From Nemertoderma westbladi (lineage: Eukaryota; Animalia; Xenacoelomorpha), in NCBI GenBank assembly GCA_032718475.1, contig JAUCBJ010003131.1, positions 26,846 through 90,845 on the forward strand: a DNA stretch of 64,000 nucleotides, written 5' to 3'. Positions 18,895 through 33,423 of this stretch are shown piece by piece. The position numbers were made by a program, and so were the translations under genes. Under the pieces are notes generated by a model. That model had not been told where the DNA came from, ran no database searches, and saw only the letters and a list, made by a program, of their open reading frames with translations. Numbering within the stretch: position 1 is the stretch's first letter; every line of letters begins with the position of its first letter.

Positions 18895-19125
18895 CATATT
18901 TGCGTAGTGGTTTGATCCGCTGCTTTAAGTTACTATATCTGGTACCTGAAGTCGTGTGTTCGACACTAGCCAAGGTAGTTCACATGCTTTAAGTTACTAT
19001 ATCTGGTAGCTGAAGTCGTGTGTTCGACACTAGCCAAGGTAGTTCTAATTTCAGCAAAAATGTGGGAGTAGCCAGGGCTCATCTCTGCATTACATCCTTA
19101 TATGGTCGCTAGATGAGTAATACAG
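18895..19125 (+). mobile_element. tRNA-derived SINE (family B) with an internal ~65-bp tandem duplication of the B-box region
   Basis: gcgtagtgg A-box; tgctttaagttact...gttcgacactagccaaggtagttc occurs twice; then cagggctcatctctgcattacatcctt...gatgagta. Confidence 0.65.
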
Positions 19126-21638
19126 TTTGTCAATATTATTTGTATTTTTTATTGAAGTGCATCTTACTTGTGTGATATTTGATCAACAGTCCACGTCATA
19201 ATGTCACCCTTTATCACTGTCCTGATTAAATCAGTCCCTAATTATGACATATGAGTGCAATGCAAACAATATACGACTAGCTCACTCTTATCGCGATGAT
19301 GGATCTACTTCATATCGTTGTAATATTATTTACTTTTTTTATTTGTTATTTGAAACTGAAATGTTTAAACTCTATCATATTCCCATAGATTGGTTTTCCC
19401 GAGGCTTCGAAAACCCGTTACTGGGGATTTCGGTTGCATAACGGACATTTTTACAATTACAGTAGTAATGGAACTTAGTGACGGTGTGAGTTGTAAGCGG
19501 TAAAAGAGGCAACAAAAAATGTGAATAATATATCTTTATAATTAACAAGAAGCACAATTATCATATTAATAATCTGATAATAGTTAATATATATTACACA
19601 GCAGTAAATATTAAACAGAAATAAATATTAAACATTTAAACATATGTATTAAAAAGTTAATAATATGTAATAAACACCAATAAATATGTACCTAAATACA
19701 TATTCGATATCATCTAAAATGTCAGCCGAGAAGAAATCGATCGAACAACAATATTTATTTGGCGATATAATTTAGATCGTAAAATACCATTGATTTAATT
19801 GGTGTATAATAATAATTATAATTATAATTATTATTTTATTTTTATTTAATTACACAAGTATAAAAAAGTTCTAATCATAACGTGATTAAAGAGACAAAGA
19901 TTAGAAGTGTCGAATATAATTAAATATGCGCCGTTATTACCAATCGGAAATATTTTATCTTAATTAAGTATTAACTGTGATTATATAAGTTTTTAAAACA
20001 GTCTTACTCCATAATTAAATTACTTAAGACTATTAATATTAATAGCAAGAAGAACAATGAGTTAAACAGTGACACATTTGTGTTCAATCTACACGTACAA
20101 TAGTAGAATATATGAGTAGTAGAATATATGAGTAGTAGAATATATGAGTAGTAGAATATATGAGTAGTAGAATATATGAGTAGTAGAATATATGCAATAA
20201 TAGAATAGATATATAATAAAATAGATACAATAGTAGAATAGTACAATAGTACAATAGTAGAATATATAAAATAGTAGAATAGTACAATATATAAAATAGT
20301 AGAATATATAAAATAGTAGAATAGTACAATAGTAGAATATATAAAATAGTAGAATATATAAAATAGTAGAATAGTACAATAGTAGAATATATAAAATAGT
20401 AGAATAGTACAATAGTAGAATAGAACAATAGTATAATATATAAAATAGTAGAATAGTACAACAGTAGAATAGATACAATAGTAGAATACATACAATAGTA
20501 GAATAAATAAAATAGTAGAATAATACAATATTAGAATAGTACAACAGTAGAATAGTACAACAGTAGAATATATAAAATAGTAGAATAGTACAACAGTAGA
20601 ATAGATACAATGGTAGAATAGATACAATAGTAGAATAGTACAATAGTAGAATATATAAAATAGTAGAATAGTAGAATAGATACAATGGTAGAATATATAC
20701 AATAGTAGAATAGTACAATAGTAGAATATATAAAATAGTAGAATAGTACAATAGTAGAATATATAAAATAGTAGAATAGTAGAATAGAACAATAGTATAA
20801 TATATAAAATAGTAGAATAGTACAATATTAGAATAGTACAACGGTAGAATAGTACAACAGTAGAATATATAAAATAGTAGAGTAGTACAACAGTAGAATA
20901 GATACAATGGTAGAATAGTACAACAGTAGAATAGATACAATAGTAGAATAGATACAATAGTAGTATAGATACAATAGTATAATAAATAAAATAGTAGAAT
21001 AGTATAATAGTAGAATAGATACAATAGTAGAAGAAATAAAATAGTAGAATAGTACAATAGTAGAATATATAAAATAGTAGAATAATACAATATTAGAATA
21101 GTACAACAGTAGAATAGTACAACAGTAGAATATATAAAATAGTAGAATAGTACAACAGTAGAATAGATACAATAGTAGAATAGATACAATAGTATAATAA
21201 ATAAAATAGTAGAATAGTATAATAGTACAATAGTAGAATATATAAAATAGTAGAATAGTAGAATAGATACAATGGTAGAATAGATACAATAGTAGAATAG
21301 ATACAATAGTAGAATAAATAAAATAGTAGAATAGTATAATAGTACAATAGTAGAATATATAAAATAGTAGAATAGTACAATAGTAGAATAGATACAATGG
21401 TAGAATAGATACAATAGTAGAATAGTACAATAGTAGAATATATAAAATAGTAGAATAGTACAATAGTAGAATATATAAAATAGTAGAATATATAAAATAG
21501 TAGAATAGTACAATAGTAGAATATATAAAATAATAAAATAGTAGAATAGTACAAGAGTAGAATATATAAAATAGTAGAATAGTACAATAGTACAATATAT
21601 AAAATAGTAGAATAATAAAACAGTAGAATAGATACAAT

Positions 21639-21870
21639 AGTCAGTCAGTCAGTCGGCCGAGGCCGGAGGCGACCCGAAGGCTCCTCTTTCGATAGCTGCT
21701 ACCCGAGGGTAGGGATGGGCGCTACTCCTATCCATGATTTGCTCCCAGTAATTTAACTGGTACTCATTTTATCGACCCCAGTGGATGAAAGGCTGAGTGG
21801 AGCCTGGCGGGGCTGAACCTACAACCACTAGATTGCAGGCCCGGCGCTCAACCAACTGAGCTACCCCGAC
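21639..21870 (-). mobile_element. Full-length tRNA-head SINE (family A) with Deu/Nin-like core and (GACT)n tail, inserted in the satellite
   Basis: Minus strand: GGGGTAGCTCAGTTGG (A-box), GGTTCAGCCC (B-box), CTCAGCCTTTCATCC..GGTCGATAAAATGAGTACCAG core, tail GACTGACTGACT. Possible TSD atacaatagt. Confidence 0.85.
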
Positions 21871-24800
21871 GTACAATACAATAGTAGAATATATAAAATA
21901 GTAGAATAGTACAATCGTAGAATATATAAAACAGTAGAATAGTACAATAGTAGAATATATAAAATAGTAGAATAGTACAACAGTAGAATAGATACAATGG
22001 TAGAATAGTACAACAGTAGAATAGATACAATGGTAGAATAGTACAACAGTAGAATAGATACAATAGTAGAATAGATACAATGGTAGAATAGTACAACAGT
22101 AGAATAGATACAATAGTAGAATAGATACAATGGTAGAATAGATACAATGGTAGAATAGTACAACAGTATAATAGATACAATAGTAGAATAGATACAATGA
22201 TAGAATAGATACAATAGTAGAATAGTACAACAGTAGAATAGATACAATAGTAGAATAGATACAATGGTAGAAAAGTACAACAGCAGAATAGATACAATGA
22301 TAGAATAGATACAATGGTAGAATAGATACAATGGTAGAATAGATACAATGGTAGAATAGTACAACAGTAGAATAGATACAATAGTAGAATAGATACAATG
22401 GTAGAATAGATACAATGGTAGAATAGTACAACAGTAGAATAGATACAATAGTAGAATAGATACAATGATAGAATAGATACAATAGTAGAATAGATACAAT
22501 GATAGAATAGATACAATGGTAGAATAGATACAATGGTAGAATAGATACAATGGTAGAATAGTACAACAGTAGAATAGATACAATGGTAGAATAGTACAAC
22601 AGTATAATAGATACAATAGTAGAATAGATACAATGGTAGAATAGAAACAATGGTAGAATAGATACAATTGTAGAATAGTACAACAGTAGAATAGATACAA
22701 TAGTAGAATATATACAATGGTAGAATATATACAATGGTAGAATAGTACAACAGTAGAATAGATACAATAGTAGAATAGATACAATAGTAGAATAGATACA
22801 ATGATAGAATAGATACAATAGTAGAATAGATACAATGGTAGAATGGATACAATGGTAGAATAGTACAACAGTAGAATAGATACAATAGTAGAATAGATAC
22901 AATGGTAGAATATATACAATGGTAGAATAGTACAACAGTAGAATAGTACAACAGTAGAATAGATACAATGATAGAATAGATACAATAGTAGAATAGATAC
23001 AATAGTAGAATAGATAAAATAGTAGAATAGTAAAATAGTAGAATATATAAAATAGTAGGATAGTACAACAGTAGAATAGTACAATAGTAGAATATATAAA
23101 ATAGCGGAATAGTACAACAGTAGAATAGTACAATAGTAGAATAGTAAAATAGTAGAATATATAAAATAGTAGGATAGTACAACAGTAGAATAGTACAATA
23201 GTAGAATATATAAAATAGCGGAATAGTACAACAGTAGAATAGTACAATAGTAGAATATATAAAATAGTAGAATAGATACAATGGTAGAATAGATACAATG
23301 TTAGAATATATAAAATAGCGGAACAGTACAACAGTAGAATAGATACAATAGTAGAATAGATACAATGGTAGAATATATACAATGGTAGAATAGTACAACA
23401 GTAGAATAGATACAATGGTAGAATAAATACAATGGTAGAATAGATACAATGGTAGAATATATAAAATAGCGGAATAGTACAACAGTAGAATAGTACAATA
23501 GTAGAATATATAAAATAGTAGAATAGATACAATGGTAGAATAGATACAATGTTAGAATATATAAAATAGCGGAACAGTACAACAGTAGAATAGATACAAT
23601 AGTAGAATAGATACAATGGTAGAATATATACAATGGTAGAATAGTACAACAGTAGAATAGATACAATGGTAGAATAAATACAATGGTAGAATAGATAAAA
23701 TAGTAGAATATATAAAATAGTAGGATAGTACAACAGTAGAATAGTACAATAGTAGAATATATAAAATAGCGGAATAGTACAACAGTAGAATAGTACAATA
23801 GTAGAATATATAAAATAGTAGAATAGATACAATGGTAGAATAGATACAATGTTAGAATATATAAAATAGCGGAATAGTACAACAGTAGAATAGATACAAT
23901 AGTAGAATAGATACAATGGTAGAATAGTACAACAGTAGAATAGATACAATGGTAGAATAAATACAATGGTAGAATAGATACAATGGTAGAATATATAAAA
24001 TAGCGGAATAGTACAACAGTAGAATAGTACAATAGTAGAATATATAAAATAGTAGAATAGATACAATGGTAGAATAGATACAATGTTAGAATATATAAAA
24101 TAGCGGAACAGTACAACAGTAGAATAGATACAATAGTAGAATAGATACAATGGTAGAATATATACAATGGTAGAATAGTACAACAGTAGAATAGATACAA
24201 TGGTAGAATAAATACAATGGTAGAATAGATAAAATAGTAGAATAGTAAAATAGTAGAATATATAAAATAGTAGGATAGTACAACAGTAGAATAGTACAAT
24301 AGTAGAATATATAAAATAGCGGAATAGTACAACAGTAGAATAGTACAATAGTAGAATATATAAAATAGTAGAATAGATACAATGGTAGAATAGATACAAT
24401 GTTAGAATATATAAAATAGCGGAATAGTACAACAGTAGAATAGATACAATAGTAGAATAGATACAATGGTAGAATATATACAATGGTAGAATAGTACAAC
24501 AGTAGAATAGATAAAATAGTAGAATAGTAAAATAGTAGAATATATAAAATAGTAGGATAGTACAACAGTAGAATAGTACAATAGTAGAATATATAAAATA
24601 GTAGAATAGTACAACAGTAGAATAGATACAATAGTAGAATAGATACAATGGTAGAATAGATACAATGGTAGAATAGTACAACAGTAGAATAGATACAATA
24701 GTAGAATAGATACAATAGTAGAATAGATACAATGGTAGAATAGTAGAATAGATACAATAGTAGAATAGATACAATTATAGAATAGATACAATGGTAGAAT

Positions 24801-27800
24801 AGATACAATAGTAGACTAAATACAATAGTAGAATAGTACAACAGTAGAATAGATACAATAGTAGAATAGTACAACAGTAGAATAGATACAATGGTAGAAT
24901 AGATACAATAGTAGACTAAATACAATAGTAGAATAGTTCAACAGTAGAATATATACAATAGTAGAATAGTACAACAGTAGAATAGATACAATGGTAGAAT
25001 AAATACAATGGTAGAATAGTAGAATAGTAGAATAGATACAATAGTAGAATAGATACAATGATAGAATAGTACAACAGTAGAATAGATACAATAGTAGAAT
25101 AGATACAATGGTAGAATAGATACAATGGTAGAATAGTACAACAGTAGAATAGATACAATAGTAGAATAGATACAATAGTAGAATAGATACAATAGTATAA
25201 TAGATACAATGGTAGAATAGTAGAATAGATACAATAGTAGAATATATACAATGATAGAATAGATACAATGGTAGAATATATACAATGGTAGAATAGATAC
25301 AATTGTAGAATAGATACAATGGTAGAATAGTACAACCGTAGAATAGATACAATAGTAGAATAGATACAATGGTAGAATAGATACAATGGTAGAATAGTAC
25401 AACAGTAGAATAGATACAATAGTAGAATAGATACAATAGTAGAATAGATACAATGGTAGAATAGTAGAATAGATACAATAGTAGAATAGATACAATGATA
25501 GAATAGATACAATGGTAGAATAGATACAATAGTAGACTAAATACAATAGTAGAATAGTACAACAGTAGAATAGATACAATAGTAGAATAGTACAACAGTA
25601 GAATAGATACAATGGTAGAATAGATACAATAGTAGACTAAATACAATAGTAGAATAGTTCAACAGTAGAATATATACAATAGTAGAATAGTACAACAGTA
25701 GAATAGATACAATGGTAGAATAAATACAATGGTAGAATAGTAGAATAGATACAATAGTAGAATAGATACAATGATAGAATAGTACAACAGTAGAATAGAT
25801 ACAATAGTAGAATAGATACAATGGTAGAATAGATACAATGGTAGAATAGTACAACAGTAGAATAGATACAATAGTAGAATAGATACAATAGTAGAATAGA
25901 TACAATAGTAGAATAGATACAATGGTAGAATAGTAGAATAGTAGAATAGATACAATAGTAGAATATATACAATGATCGAATAGATACAATGGTAGAATAT
26001 ATACAATGGTAGAATAGATACAATTGTAGAATAGATACAATGGTAGAATAGTACAACAGTAGAATAGATACAATAGTAGAATAGATACAATGGTAGAATA
26101 GATACAATGGTAGAATAGTACAACAGTAGAATAGATACAATAGTAGAATAGATACAATGGTAGAATAGATACAATGGTAGATAGTACAACAGTAGAATAG
26201 ATACAATAGTAGACTAAATACAATAGTAGAATTGTACAACAGTAGAATAGATACAATAGTAGAATAGTACAACAGTAGAATAGATACAATGGTAGAATAG
26301 ATACAATAGTAGACTAAATACAATAGTAGAATAGTACAACAGTAGAATAGATACAATAGTAGAATAGTACAACAGCAGAATAGATACAATGGTAGAATAA
26401 ATACAATGGTAGAATAGAAACAATAGTAGACTAAATACAATAGTAGAATAGTACAACAGTAGAATAGATACAATAGTAGAATAGTACAACAGTAGAATAG
26501 ATACAATGGTAGAATAAATACAATGGTAGAATAGATACAATGGTAGAATAGTACAATGGCAGAATAGATACAATGGTAGAATAGATACAATGGTAGAATA
26601 GATACAATGGTAGAATAGATACAATGGTAGAATAGATACAATGGTAGAATAGATACAATGGTAGAATAGATACAATGGTAGAATAGATACAATGGTAGAA
26701 TAGATACAATGGTAAAATAGATACAATAGTAGAATAGATACAATGGTAGAATAGATACAATGGTAGAATAGATACAATGGTAGAATAGATACAATGGTAG
26801 AATAGATACAATGGTAGAATAGATACAATGGTAGAATAGATACAATAGTAGAATATATACAATGGTAGAATAGATACAATGGTAGAATAGTACAACAGTA
26901 GAATAGTACAACAGTAGAATAGATACAATAGTAGAATAGTACAATAGTAGAATAGATACAATGGTAGAATAAATACAATGGTAGAATAGATACAATGGTA
27001 GAATAGTACAACAGTAGAATAGATACAATGGTAGAATAAATACAATGGTAGAATAGATACAATGGTAGAATAGATACAATGGTAGAATAGTACAACAGTA
27101 GAATAGATACAATGGTAGAATAGATACAATAGTAGAATATATAAAATAGTAGAATAGTACAATAGTAGAATAGTACAACAGTAGAATAGATACAATAGTA
27201 GAATAGTACAACAGTAGAATAGATACAATGGCAGAATAGATACAATGATAGAATAGATACAATGGTAGAATAGATACAATAGTAGACTAAATACAATAGT
27301 AGAATAGTACAACAGTAGAATAGATACAATAGTAGAATAGATACAATGGTAGAATAGTACAACAGCAGAATAGATACAATAGTAGAATAGATACAATGGT
27401 AGAATAAATACAATGGTAGAATAGATACAATGGTAGAATAAATACAATGGTAGAATAGTACAGCAGTAGAATAGATACAATGGCAGACTAAATACAATAG
27501 TAGAATAGTACAACAGTAGAATAGATACAATAGTAGAATAGATACAATGATAGAATAGATACAATGGTAGAATAGATACAATAGTAGACTAAATACAATA
27601 GTATAATAGTACAACAGTAGAATAGATACAATAGTAGAATAGATACAATGGTAGAATAGATACAATGGTAGAATAGTACAACAGTAGAATAGATACAATA
27701 GTAGAATAGATACAATGATAGAATAGATACAATAGTAGAATAGTACAACAGTAGAATAGATACAATGGTAGAATAAATACAATGGTAGAATAGATACAAT

Positions 27801-30800
27801 GGTAGAATAGATACAATGGTAGAATAGATACAATGGTAGAATAGTACAACAGTAGAATAGATACAATAGTAGAATAGATACAATGGTAGAATAGATACAA
27901 TGGTAGAATAGTACAACAGTAGAATAGATACAATGGCAGAATAGATACAATGGTAGAATAGTACAACAGTAGAATATATACAATAGTAGTATAGATACAA
28001 TGATAGAATAGATACAATGGTAGAATAGATACAATAGTAGACTAAATACAATAGTAGAATAGATACAATAGTAGAATAGATACAATAGTAGAATAGATAC
28101 AATGGTAGAATAGATACAATGGTAGAATATTACAACAGTAGAATAGATACAATGGTAGAATAAATACAATAGTAGAATAGATACAATGGTAGAATAGATA
28201 CAATGGTAGAATAGTACAACAGTAGAATAGATACAATAGTAGAATAGATACAATGATAGAATAGATACAATGGTAGAATAGATACAATGGTAGAATAGTA
28301 CAACAGTAGAATAGATACAATAGTAGAATAGATACAATGATAGAATAGATACAATGGTAGAATAGATACAATAGTAGACTAAATACAATAGTAGAATAGA
28401 TACAATAGTAGAATAGATACAATAGTAGAATAGATACAATGGTAGAATAGATACAATGGTAGAATAGATACAATGGTAGAATAGATACAAAGGTAGAATA
28501 GATACAATGGTAGAATAGTACAACAGTAGAATAGATACAATGGTAGAATAAATACAATGGTAGAATAGATACAATGGTAGAATAGATACAATGGCAGAAT
28601 AGATACAATGGTAGAATAGTACAACAGTAGAATAGATACAATAGTAGAATAGATACAATGATAGAATAGATACAATAGTAGAATAGTACAGCAGTAGAAT
28701 AGATACAATGGTAGAATAAATACAATGGTAGAATAGATACAATGGTAGAATAGATACAATGGTAGAATAGATACATTAGTAGAATAGATACAATGGTAGA
28801 ATAGTACAATAGTAGAATATATAAAATAGTAGAATAGTACAATAGTAGAATAGAACAATAGTATAATATATAAAATAGTAGAATAGTACAATAGTAGAAT
28901 AGTAGAATAGAACAATAGTATAATATATAAAATAGTAGAATAGATACAATAGTAGAATAGATACAATGGTAGAATAGATACAATGGTAGAATAGATACAA
29001 TAGTAGAATAGTACAGCAGTAGAATAGATACAATGGTAGAATAAATACAATGGTAGAATAGATACAATGGTAGAATAGATACAATGGTAGAATAGATACA
29101 TTAGTAGAATAGATACAATGGTAGAATAGTACAATAGTAGAATATATAAAATAGTAGAATAGTACAATAGTAGAATAGAACAATAGTATAATATATAAAA
29201 TAGTAGAATAGTACAATAGTAGAATAGTAGAATAGAACAATAGTATAATATATAAAATAGTAGAATAGATACAATAGTAGAATAGATACAATGGTAGAAT
29301 AGATACAATGGTAGAATAGATACAATAGTAGAATAGTACAGCAGTAGAATAGATACAATGGTAGAATAAATACAATGGTAGAATAGATACAATGGTAGAA
29401 TAGATACAATGGTAGAATAGATACATTAGTAGAATAGATACAATGGTAGAATAGTACAATAGTAGAATATATAAAATAGTAGAATAGTACAATAGTAGAA
29501 TAGAACAATAGTATAATATATAAAATAGTAGAATAGTACAATAGTAGAATAGTAGAATAGAACAATAGTATAATATATAAAATAGTAGAATAGATACAAT
29601 AGTAGAATAGATACAATGGTAGAATAGATACAATGGTAGAATAGTACAACAGTAGAATAGATACAATGGTAGAATAAATACAATGGTAGAATAGATACAA
29701 TGGTAGAATAGATACAATGGCAGAATAGATACAATGGTAGAATAGTACAACAGTAGAATAGATACAATAGTAGAATAGATACAATGATAGAATAGATACA
29801 ATAGTAGAATAGTACAACAGTAGAATAGATACAATGGTAGAATAAATACAATGGTAGAATAGATACAATGGTAGAATAGATACAATAGTAGAATAGATAC
29901 AATGGTAGAATAGTACAACAGTAGAATATATACAATGGTAGAATAAATACAATAGTAGAATAGATACAATGGTAGAATAGATACAATGGTAGAATAGTAC
30001 AACAGTAGAATAGATACAATAGTAGAATAGATACAATGATAGAATAGATACAATGGTAGAATAGATACAATGGTAGAATAGTACAACAGTAGAATAGATA
30101 CAATAGTAGAATAGATACAATGATAGAATAGATACAATGGTAGAATAGATACAATGGCAGAATAGATACAATGGTAGAATAGTACAACAGTAGAATAGAT
30201 ACAATAGTAGAATAGATACAATGATAGAATAGATACAATGGTAGAATAGATACAATAGTAGACTAAATACAATAGTAGAATAGTACAACAGTAGAATAGA
30301 TAACAATAGTAGAATAGATACAATGGTAGAATATATACAATGGTAGAATAGTACAACAGTAGAATAGATACAATAGTAGAATAGTACAACAGTAGAATAT
30401 ATACAATAGTATAATAGATACAATAGTAGAATAGATACAATGGTAGAATAGATACAATGGTAGAATAGTACAATAGTAGAATAGATACAATGGTAGAATA
30501 GTACAATAGTAGAATATATAAAATAGTAGAATAGTACAAAAGTAGAATAGATACAATAGTAGAATAGATGCAATAGTAGAATAGATACAATAGTAGAATA
30601 GATACAATGGTAGAATAGTACAATAGAGAATAGTACAATAGTAGAATAGTACAATAGTAGAATATATAAAATAGTAGAATAGTACAAAAGTAGAATAGAT
30701 ACAATAGTAGAATAGATGCAATAGTAGAATAGATACAATAGTAGAATAGATACAATGGTAGAATAGTAGAATAGTACAATAGTAGAATAGATACAATAGT

Positions 30801-31939
30801 AGAATATATAAAATAGTAGAATAGTACAATAGTAGAATATATAAAATAGTAGAATAGTACAACAGTAGAATAGATACAATAGTAGAATAAATACAATGGT
30901 AGAATAGTAGAATATATAAAATAGTAGAATAGATACAATGGTAGAATAGATACAATGGTAGAATAGATACAATGGTAGAATAGATACAATGGTAGAATAG
31001 TACAACAGTAGAATAGATACAATAGTAGAATAGATACAATGATAGAATAGATACAATGGTAGAATAAATACAATAGTAGAACAGATACAATGGTAGAACA
31101 GATACAATGGTAGAATAGTACAATAGTAGAATATATAAAATAGTAGAATAGTACAACAGTAGAATAGATACAATAGTAGAATAGATACAATAGTACAATA
31201 GTAGAATATATAAAATAGTAGAATAGTACAACAGTAGAATAGATACAATAGTAGAATAGATACAATGGTAGAATAGTAGAATATATAAAATAGTAGAATA
31301 GATACAATGGTAGAATAGATACAATGGTAGAATAGATACAATGGTAGAATAGTACAACAGTAGAATAGATACAATAGTAGAATAGATACAATGGCAGAAT
31401 AGATACAATGGCAGAATAGATAAAATAGTAGAATAGATACAATAGTAGAATAGATACAATGGTAGAATAGTAGAATATATAAAATAGTAGAATAGATACA
31501 ATGGAAGAATAGATACAATGGTAGAATAGATACAATGGTAGAATAGTACAACTGTAGAATAGATACAATAGTAGAATAGATACAATGATAGAATAGATAC
31601 AATGGTAGAATAAATACAATAGTAGAACAGATACAATGGTAGAATAGATACAATGGTAGAATAGTACAATAGTAGAATATATAAAATAGTAGAATAGTAC
31701 AACAGTAGAATAGATACAATAGTAGAATAGATACAATAGTAGAATATATCAAATAGTAGAATAGTACAACAGTAGAATAGATACAATAGTAGAATAGATA
31801 CAATGGTAGAATAGTAGAATATATAAAATAGTAGAATAGATACAATGGTAGAATAGATACAATGGTAGAATAGTACAACAGTAGAATAGATACAATAGTA
31901 GAATAGATACAATGGCAGAATAGATACAATGGTAGAATA

Positions 31940-32383
31940 ATGGGAGTCCATGCTGGACTCTAACTGCTGAGGACACCAAATCTCTGGATGGCACATTCAC
32001 AAGAATGCTACGCCGGGTTCATTGTGTCAAGTACAATGCACACATCTCCAACCAGACACTATATAACATTGGAGGTGTCTCATTGGTTCCCCCAAGCTTG
32101 ACACTAGAACAAAATCGCCTCCGCTTTGCAGGACATTGCTTTCGCCGTGAGGACCAGCCAGTGCATAATCTTGTACTTTGGCAGCCTCATGGAGTGAATA
32201 AGCATGGTGGACAGCCCATGACTTTCTTGAGACGCATCTTAAAGGACACTGGCCTTGAAGATGCGGATGATCTAGCAAATGTCATGGGTGATAGGGAGTT
32301 GTGGCGGTGCAATTTTGTCGATAAGCCGGCACAGCATTCATAAAAATGCAGCTGCAATGCAGCATGCCGATCCTAGTAGTAGT
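31940..32383 (+). mobile_element. 5'-truncated RTE-like LINE 3' end
   Basis: Frame reads GSPCWTLT..LDGTFTRMLRR..RLRFAGHCFRR..LVLWQP..MGDRELWR (typical RTE C-terminus). (TAG)n tail. 11-bp TSD atggtagaata at 31929-31939 and 32384-32394. Confidence 0.85.
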
Positions 32384-32463
32384 ATGGTAGAATATATAAA
32401 ATAGTACAATAGTAGAATAGATACAATAGTAGAATGGATACAATGACAGATAAGTTTCAACTT

Positions 32464-32649
32464 TTAAAGTTGATTCATTCTGAGCAGCTGTTGACTGATC
32501 ATTCGTGAGTTATTTTCCAAAACATCAATCAAATCCTCTACTCGACTCACAATGACAACTCTTTCTATTTCTCGAATCAACGTATTGGGTGAAGGAACAT
32601 AAGAGATTGGCGCATGAACGGTTTCTAAGGGAACTCCTGCTGCGGGACC
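32464..32649 (-). CDS. Host gene, coding exon 4 (terminal) of predicted secreted helical protein
   Basis: Acceptor ttttttatgctcaatccag. The phase-0 frame is open: GPAAGVPLETVHAPISYVPSPNTLIREIERVVIVSRVEDLIDVLENNSRMISQQLLRMNQL*. Not in the ORF track. Linkage to the upstream exons is inferred. Confidence 0.7.
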   Translation of the reverse strand, partial: GPAAGVPLETVHAPISYVPSPNTLIREIERVVIVSRVEDLIDVLENNSRMISQQLLRMNQL

Positions 32650-32747
32650 CTGGATTGAGCATAAAAAATATTATAATTTAACAAATTTTAATATTTCTAA
32701 TTAGTTAGATTGTTACATTTGTAGAGTTATTGAAACCTTGAGCGATA

Positions 32748-32790
32748 AAGGCCATCCGTAATATATATTATTATATATTACGATGGCCTT
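32748..32790. other. Near-perfect DNA hairpin/palindrome
   Basis: aaggccatc-c-gtaatatata-ttat-tatatattac-gatggcctt (19-bp stem, one bulge). Confidence 0.85.
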
Positions 32791-32929
32791 CGCCTTCGTA
32801 TGATTCAATAATAGTTCAGTGAGGTGGCAAGTGGTCGTACCAAATTACTTTATTGGCAAACCAATAAGCAAGTGGCTTTATTTATTGCCATTAACAATGT
32901 GAGCCCCCATTTTTATCCACTGTGGGCGT

Positions 32930-33211
32930 TTAGTGTCGACGTGTGCACCATGCAATGTAAGTGTTTTGTGTTCATTTGTATCCAGTCTAGTGTCCACGTG
33001 TGCACCATGTAATGTGAGGGTTTTGTGTTCATTTGTATCCAGTCTAGTGTCCACGTGTGCACCATGCAATGTGAGTGTTTTGTATTTATTTGTATCCAGT
33101 CTATGGTCCACGTGTGCACCATGCAATGTGAGTGTTTTGTGTCCATTTGTATCCAGTCTAGTGTCCACGTGTGCACCATGCAATGTGAGTGTTTTGTGTC
33201 CATTTGTATCC
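32930..33211. repeat. 57-bp minisatellite, 5 copies
   Basis: Unit gtccacgtgtgcaccatgcaatgtgagtgttttgtgttcatttgtatccagtctagt. Confidence 0.95.
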
Positions 33212-33423
33212 TTAAAAAATACAAGCGCGATATCGCGCAAAGGTCCGCGTCTACTAACGCATGAACTGTCTCCTTGAACGTCTTACTACTAATCTTTCAA
33301 CAAAAAAACATTCACCGGAATGGGGGATTGAACTCGGTACCAATCCTGGGGCCGTATCAAACCCTAATACCAAAAGCTAGCGAGAAATTAACAACACCAA
33401 CAACACCAACAACACCAACAACA

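Larger units (their letters stand above)
20096..32445. repeat. ~12.3-kb AT-rich, strand-asymmetric satellite of 8-19-bp modules with higher-order duplications
   Basis: Mixed units gtagaatagatacaat(g/a), gtagaatagtacaaca and gtagaatatataaaata. Rare variants recur at 325-, 337- and 721-bp periods. Confidence 0.98.

Noticed and set aside
21795-21870. tRNA gene
   Set aside because: The tRNA-like head runs straight into a SINE core and simple-repeat tail; the B-box and acceptor stem are imperfect.
20004-31996. Many long minus-strand ORFs (up to 1001 aa) rich in Y/I/L/S/C
   Set aside because: Translations of the satellite, open in all three frames because the repeat lacks stops; not credible genes.
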